Assembly (NCBI GenBank): GCA_964016885.1
Contig: OZ024741.1
Span: 84,320,001 to 84,384,000, forward strand
Direction of reading: 5' to 3'
Length of the DNA: 64,000 nt
DNA from: Eledone cirrhosa
Lineage: Eukaryota
The position numbers and the translations under genes are program-made. The notes beneath the pieces were generated by a model. The model saw nothing but the letters and a program-made list of their open reading frames with translations. It made no database searches and was not told where the DNA came from. This document shows positions 55,990 through 64,000 of this stretch, piece by piece (the first letter of the stretch is position 1; every line of letters starts with the position of its first letter).

Positions 55990-56806
55990 TAATATAGATG
56001 AGATTCTACAGGACTAGAACTGTTTCATTCTTTAGAAATGATCAGGAATCTGGCTTTCCAAAAATAAGTGTTGTGGTATTTATATCTTTTCGGGTGGTAG
56101 GAGATGGTGGGAAGTGGGATGGGTGGAGGTCATTGGTTGAAAGAAAAGGGAATTCATTAAAAGCTAATTCTTTAAGTCTATAGTTTATATTTAGAGTGAC
56201 AAAGGCAGAAAGGATTCTATAAACAGGTTCAGAATGGGGTGCCACTCCTTATTTTTAAGTTTCTCTTAAGCTAACAATGCCTATATTTCAAGTGTCTTTA
56301 ATGTGGTTGTGGGTCGGTCATGGTTGATGGATTTAAAGAAAAGGGTAATTCTTTAAAAGCTAATTCTTTAAAGCTCTACTTAGAGTGACAAAAGCCAAGA
56401 GAATTCTATAAACCAGTTCAAAATATTGGGTGCCTATCATATCATTATTGTCATATTTCTCTTAAGCTATATTCCAGGTGTCCCCAAACCATCCTATACA
56501 CACCTGAAATATAGGCATTGTTAGCTTAAGAGAAACTTAAAAATAAGGAGTGGCACCCCATTCTGAACTTGTTTATAGAATTCTTTCTGCCTTTGTCACG
56601 CTAAATATAAATTATAGCCTTAAAGAATTAGCTTTTAATGAATTCCCTTTTCTTTCAACCAATGACCTCCACCCATCCCACTCCCCACCATCTCTTACCA
56701 CCTGAAAAGATATAAATACCACAATATTTATTTTTGGAAAGCCAGATTGCTGATGATTTCTAAAGAATGAAACAGTTCTAGTCCTGTAGAATCTCATCTA
56801 TATTAA
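55990..56806. repeat. ~305-bp inverted repeat with internal diverged partial tandem copy (pLTR-like)
   Basis: 55990-56295 is the reverse complement of 56500-56806; 56300-56480 resembles 56105-56295. Confidence 0.92.
56744..56794 (+). ncRNA. Type I hammerhead; mirror copy 56001-56051 (-)
   Basis: AGATTG-CTGATGA-T.TTC.TAAA.GAA.T-GAAA-CAG..CTG-TA-GAATCT; the mirror has perfect stem I (AGATTC) but core CTGATCA. Confidence 0.75.
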
Positions 56807-57150
56807 CATTTTTAAACTCTGCTATGTATTGAGTACCTTACTTACTGTGGTTACCTCCGATTCAACCCGGAATAACGTATATATATATCAATAGTATATA
56901 TTGAGTTAGAAACTCAAAATAGTCTCTTACAATTAAATAGCTCAAGGAAAACATTTTTCCGGACCGTGTTATATAATTCAATATAATAAAGAGAGATAAA
57001 CACAGATATATACATATACGTGTTCTAATCGTAAGGCATCAGATTCGATAGGGTGAATAGGATACTATGAACAATACGGTTTGCAAGACTCAATTTAAAA
57101 GATGAAATTAAGAAAAGGTACAAACCGAAATTGAGACAACTATTAAATGT

Positions 57151-57229
57151 ACATCCAGAGAGCTTTTGGCAAACCTGTTTCGCAATTAAGTTAAGGGAAT
57201 TACCAATTCTATTGCTTGTCGGTGGATGT
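57151..57229 (-). ncRNA. Degenerate hammerhead (CCGACAA core)
   Basis: 7-bp stem I ACATCCA/TGGATGT; stem II GCAAT/ATTGC; GAAA; imperfect stem III; CUC triplet. Confidence 0.5.
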
Positions 57230-57327
57230 GTGAATTAGTAAAACCTTTCACTTCGATTTTTCTTAGAAGACTATATGTTCCCTTACGATTTGAACACATA
57301 TATGTATATATATCTGTGTTTATCTCA

Positions 57328-57409
<82 letters not shown>

Positions 57410-57740
57410 TGGCTGCCAACTCGTTTTCGAGTACGGCCACTACCTTATCTCCTACATGGATATAAGCCTCAAACATTTATATTTTCATATATTTTATATC
57501 TGTATATCTGTTTGACCCGAAATAGGAGATCGAATCTTCGCTGTGTGGATGATTAGTTTAACCACCATCTCAGTGTGTTTGACCTTTAACGTAAGTTGTA
57601 AGCTCTAATTCATTTGAATTATAGAACGCGGCTGAAATTCGATTCTCGCTAATTTTTACTTGTATATATATATATATATATATTTATATAGTAATAATAA
57701 TAAATGTGAAGACTAAAATATATATATATATATATATATA

Positions 57741-58707
57741 TAAGTATGTATACGTACATACATATATGTATACAGACGTACAGTATTATGTATATATATG
57801 CATACATGCACACATATATATATGTACGCATGGCTTTACTGAACATTTATTATAATGCTCGGTTTGTTTGTAAACAAACAGCCCGAATTAAGCCGTTCAG
57901 TGTTTAGAGGCCATCGTTGCCCTTTTGTTCAACACTGACAAAGAAACGATGTACTAGTTTCAAGCTTATTAGCTATCGTCAGCATCGTATACCTTCCTGC
58001 CAGATGATTGAACGTCTGAAAGTATATACTTTCCTTATGCATATTAACGGCTGAGCAGCCTAATTTGCATATCGAGTGAGTTAGTCGACCGGGCGCACCG
58101 AAAACGATAAAAGGGAAAAATGAAACGAAATTTCATTTCTCACTCTTAGTACGGCTGTTACTTAAATATAAGTATGTATACGTACATACATATATGTATA
58201 CAGACGTACAGTGGTATGTATATATATACATATATGCATACATATATATATGTACCTATGGCTTTACCGAACATTTATTATAATGCTCGGTTTGTTAGTA
58301 AACAAACAGCCCGAATTAAGCCGTACAGTGTTTAGCAACCATCGTTGCCCTCTTGTTCAACACTGACGTTCGGTAAAGGCATACGTACATATAGATATGT
58401 GTGCATGTATGTATATATATACATACTACTGTACGTCTGTATACATATATGTAGGTACGTATACATACTTATATTTAAGTAACAGCCGTACTAAGAGTGA
58501 GAAATGAAATTTCGTCTCATTTTTTCCATTTATCGTTTTCGATGCGCCCGGCCGACTAACTCACTCGATATGCAAGTTAGGCTGCTCAGCCGTTAATATG
58601 CATAAGGAAAGTATATACTTTCAGACGTTCAATTATCTGGCAGGAAGTTATACGAAGATGAACATAGCTAATAAGCTTGAAACTAGTACATCGTTCCCTT
58701 GTCAGTA
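57741..58707 (-). repeat. 428-bp HHR-bearing unit, tandem plus inverted
   Basis: Direct repeat starts at 57741 and 58169; 58367-58707 is an inverted copy of ~57933-58273. Confidence 0.92.
57946..57988 (-). ncRNA. Minimal type I hammerhead (intact)
   Basis: ACGATG-CTGACGA-T.AGCT.AATA.AGCT.T-GAAA-CTAG-TA-CATCGT. Confidence 0.88.
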
Positions 58708-58921
58708 TTATATATATATAATTTTGTAGAAATATGAAAAAGAAAAAGAAATGTCTACAAATTTCATAGTTGATGACCCAATATATATATGTTTTGACTG
58801 CTGTTTCTTGTAAACAGTCATTCGTCTCATTCTGACGTCACTAGCTCTGTTCTCCATGTGTGTTTATTATCTTAATTCTCTTTTGGCATATTTTAGCTGT
58901 AGTTCTTAGTTATCATGCTGA

Positions 58922-59002
58922 GCTCTACTGATGAACGATTCCAACCGTGACTGACCCCACTGAAATGTTTCGTGAAATAGGCTTTTCAAGACTATATAGA
59001 GC
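58922..59002 (+). ncRNA. Type I hammerhead ribozyme, unit 1
   Basis: GCTCTA-CTGATGA-ACGA..TCGT-GAAA-TAG..CTA-TA-TAGAGC; predicted cut after 58996. Confidence 0.9.
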
Positions 59003-59540
59003 ATTTGTAGATTTTTCAAAATTGAAGGATAAATATTTACCTTTAATTTTATTCTGAGTTCAGACTCTATTGGTTTTTTTCCCTGGTTTACACAAAATCT
59101 GTGAATAAAATTTCTGCCTTGACTTTTTTTTAATTGAGATTGAATTATTTTCCCATATCTTACGTTAAATATTTTCCATCTTGACGTAATAGTTACTTAT
59201 ATGTATGAATTTATGTTGGCTTCTTGCTCACATTAATTTTCCTTTATATTTATACTCGGAGTTTTTCCTAGAGTGCTTAAAATTATTTGTGACTAATCCC
59301 GGTTTTAAAAAAGAAAACCGCGATAATATTTCTTTATGCTGAACTCCATAACTTTTGTTGAGTTTTTTTTCGGAATGTTTTGCCTGCTGTTTCTTGTAAA
59401 CAGTCATTCGTCTCATTCTGACGTCACTAGCTCTGTTCTCCATGTGTTTTTATTATCTTAATTCCACATGAGGTGTAACTAACCTGCTTTTAAATTCCCT
59501 TTTGGCATATTTTAGCTGTAGTTCTTAGTTATCGTGCTGA

Positions 59541-59621
59541 GCTCTACTGATGAACGGTTCCAACCGTGACTGACCCCACTGAAAAGTTTCGTGAAATAGA
59601 CTTTTCAAAACTATATAGAGC
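59541..59621 (+). ncRNA. Type I hammerhead ribozyme, unit 2
   Basis: Same fold; stem II ACGG/TCGT (G·U keeps pairing); predicted cut after 59615. Confidence 0.9.
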
Positions 59622-60163
59622 ATTTGTAGATTTTTCCAAATTGAAGGATAAGTATTTACCCTTAATTTTATTCTGAGTTCAGACTCTATTGGTTTTTTCC
59701 CTGGTTTACACAAAATCTGTGAATAAAATTTGTCTTGACATTTTTTGAATTGAGATTGAATTATTTTCCCATATCTTAAGTTAAATATTTTCCATCTTGA
59801 CGTAATAGTCACTTATATGTATGAATTACTGTTGACTTCTTGTTCACATTAATTTCTCTATTTTCATTTATATTTATACTCGGAATATTTCCTAGTTTGC
59901 TTAAAATTATTTCTGACTAATCCCGTTTTTTTTTATTAAAAACCGCGATAATATTGCTTTATGCTGAACTCCATAACTGTTGTTGAGTTTTTTCGGAATG
60001 TTTTGACTGCTGTTTCTTGTAAACAGTCATTCGTCTCATTCTGGCGTCACTAGCTCTGTTCTCCATGTGTGTTTATTATCTTAATTCCTCACGAGGTGTA
60101 ACTAGCCTGCTTTAAAATTCCTTTTTGGCATATTTTAGCTGTTGCGCTTAATTATCGTGTTGA

Positions 60164-60241
60164 GCTCTACTGATGAACGATTCCAACCGTGACTAACCCC
60201 ACTGAAAATTTCGTGAAATAGTCTTTTTACCTATATAGAGC
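60164..60241 (+). ncRNA. Type I hammerhead ribozyme, unit 3
   Basis: Same fold; predicted cut after 60235. Confidence 0.9.
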
Positions 60242-60879
60242 ATTTGTAGATTTTTCCAAATTGAAGGATAAGTATTTACCCTTAATTTCATTCTGAGTTA
60301 AGACTCTATTTGTTTTTTCCCTGGATTACATAAAATCTGTGGATAATATTTCTGTCTTGACTTTTTTTTAATTGAGATTGAATTATTTTCCCATATCTTA
60401 AGTTACATATTTTCCATCTTGTCGTAATTATCACTTATATGTATGAATTACTGTTGGCTTCTTGCTCACAGTAATTTCTCTATTTTCATTCATATATATA
60501 TATTAACGCCGGACTTGAGTACTGTTTTCTTCTGTCATTTTGCACCCAGAAGTCATTGTTCAACCTGAAGCTATGGTAGGAAACACAAAGACAATTGTCC
60601 GAGAAGCTACGTAGGAGTGTTTAGCACGAAAACACCTGTGTACGAATCGAAGGGGCCGCTGTAGTTTTACTGTATTTTTACCGTTGATGTAAAAAAACAA
60701 GAAAAATCAAACAATAAGAAGAAAATACCAAAGAACATTTAAGGAACAAAATCTTCGTGTTGAATAATTTATTATATGGAAGAATATATTTCCGATTCTT
60801 AACAACACCTTACCACGACCACTACCACTCCACCGAACATTACAGAATATACATTAAGTATATTTGTTTATATAGGTGT

Positions 60880-62633
<1,754 letters not shown>

Positions 62634-64000
62634 TAATGTAACCAACTTTGTTTTTACCTTTAGGCAAAGCGCTTGAAACTACTTGCAGATTTCTGTCGCT
62701 TATTCTTAACATATTGTTATTCTCGTTATAGTGATGGAATATTTAATGGGAATGTGAATATCTCTATTCAGTTAGCTTGAAGAATTTTTCTTCTTTTTGA
62801 TAATTTTTACTTGGTGCGTTCATTAGACTGCGGCCATGCCTCAGCATCAGCTGCAAGCAATTCTGTCAGTCACATCGACCCTAATACTTATTTGTTTTTT
62901 CCTGTTTACTACATATTTTATCGATCTGTATTTAGTTTTCAGATGTAGAGACTGTCAACGTACACAAGAACACGGACAATCTCACAGAGACAAATACATT
63001 TTGGTGGGTTGTTTAGTTAGGATCAAACTGATTGGAAATAAATGAAAACTAATTGAAATTCTCAATTCTCTCCTATACCAGTGTAGTTGGCTTTATAAAA
63101 GGTTGTATGCCATTGAAGGTTTTTGCTGTACGTGTTTATTATAGTACTATCATGAAACGAACTTGAATGTTTTTCTCAAGAACCCAATATGCCGGGTAAT
63201 CCAGGAATTGAACGCTATAGTTTTGATGATACGCATGCTCAAACAAAACTAATCTGGTACTGAAGAAGAACAACAAAAACAACAGCAGTAGCAACATATT
63301 TTGCATAAACTCGATTCGACCGTTTAGGAAACGTGCTATGTCCCACGAATTTTATACAGTATATCTAACAGGATTTGAATTAATCCCCATTCGTCTCTCC
63401 GTCACACAATCGACTCAGTTTGTTGACTTTATACGGCTACCATATACGGCGGCGAATTAGCAGAGTTTTTAGGGCTTCGGATAAAATTCGTTCAGTATCT
63501 TTTAGACTTTCACCACTTTGATTTGAAAACAAACTGGCGTTAATTTTTCCTTTCATCTGTTAACATAACTTCCCCAGTAAAATACTGGAGCCGTTTCACC
63601 GTATCCCTCTCTATCGGAAATGGATACGTTGAAGGGGACAGACAATCTTGTTATGGCACCCAAGAAAACTTATTGCTATATTGAGTTTTGGTGACCCAGT
63701 GTATGTTTGTGTCAGTGTTCTATAGCAGCAGGAGTACAGTAATCCAACGTCCGATTCAATATTTACTCATTGATATGAATTGAAATGTTTTATTACAGAG
63801 ATATCCAGCTTCTCTGCTGGTATTCTGTTTTTTAAAAAATCCATTAACTTTGCTTCTTTTCTTGTGCAATCAGAAACGTGGAAAAGAATTTACAGCTAAC
63901 TAACTTCAGCTAACTTATTTCTCATGTGCAAGCATATCTCTTCTAGCAAATTTCCGATGCGAAATTCAAATATATCCAATATTTTTCTTTAATTACCATT

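Larger units (their letters stand above)
58791..60492 (+). repeat. Tandem array of ~620-bp non-coding units (about 2.75 copies), one hammerhead per unit (retrozyme-like)
   Basis: Unit starts GTTTTG(A/C)CTGCTGTTTCTTGTAAACAG at ~58791, ~59377 and ~60000; flanked by (TA)n. Confidence 0.95.

Noticed and set aside
59228-59812. Minus-strand ORFs within the 620-bp array
   Set aside because: Not maintained across units (indels) and no recognisable domain.

Overview
This is AT-rich, microsatellite-saturated eukaryotic DNA. The dominant tRNA-derived Nin/Deu-domain SINE and the (TA)n/(CA)n load suggest a coleoid cephalopod such as Octopus (inference). No intact host gene can be built; only isolated exon candidates appear, and most ORF-track entries are microsatellite artefacts. 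The window is mostly transposon debris: several Penelope-like elements (PLEs, one as a 4.6-kb palindrome), RTE, R4/Dong, CRE and Tx1-like LINE fragments, two mariner relics, a MITE and about 20 SINE copies. Two things go beyond this. (1) About 17 hammerhead-ribozyme (HHR) motifs from roughly 10 unrelated repeat families, read by eye on both strands. They include a non-coding ~620-bp tandem array with an intact type I HHR in every unit (retrozyme-like, predicted to yield ~620-nt monomers or circles), a recurrent U·U pair opening stem II, and CCGA/GUAA core variants. (2) A heavily decayed ~4.8-kb segment (about 40.3-45.1 kb) whose broken frames keep, in order, motifs of a Mononegavirales-type L polymerase downstream of a glycoprotein-like region: a candidate endogenous negative-strand RNA virus. 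All homology calls come from motif recognition without database searches, and repeat boundaries are approximate.
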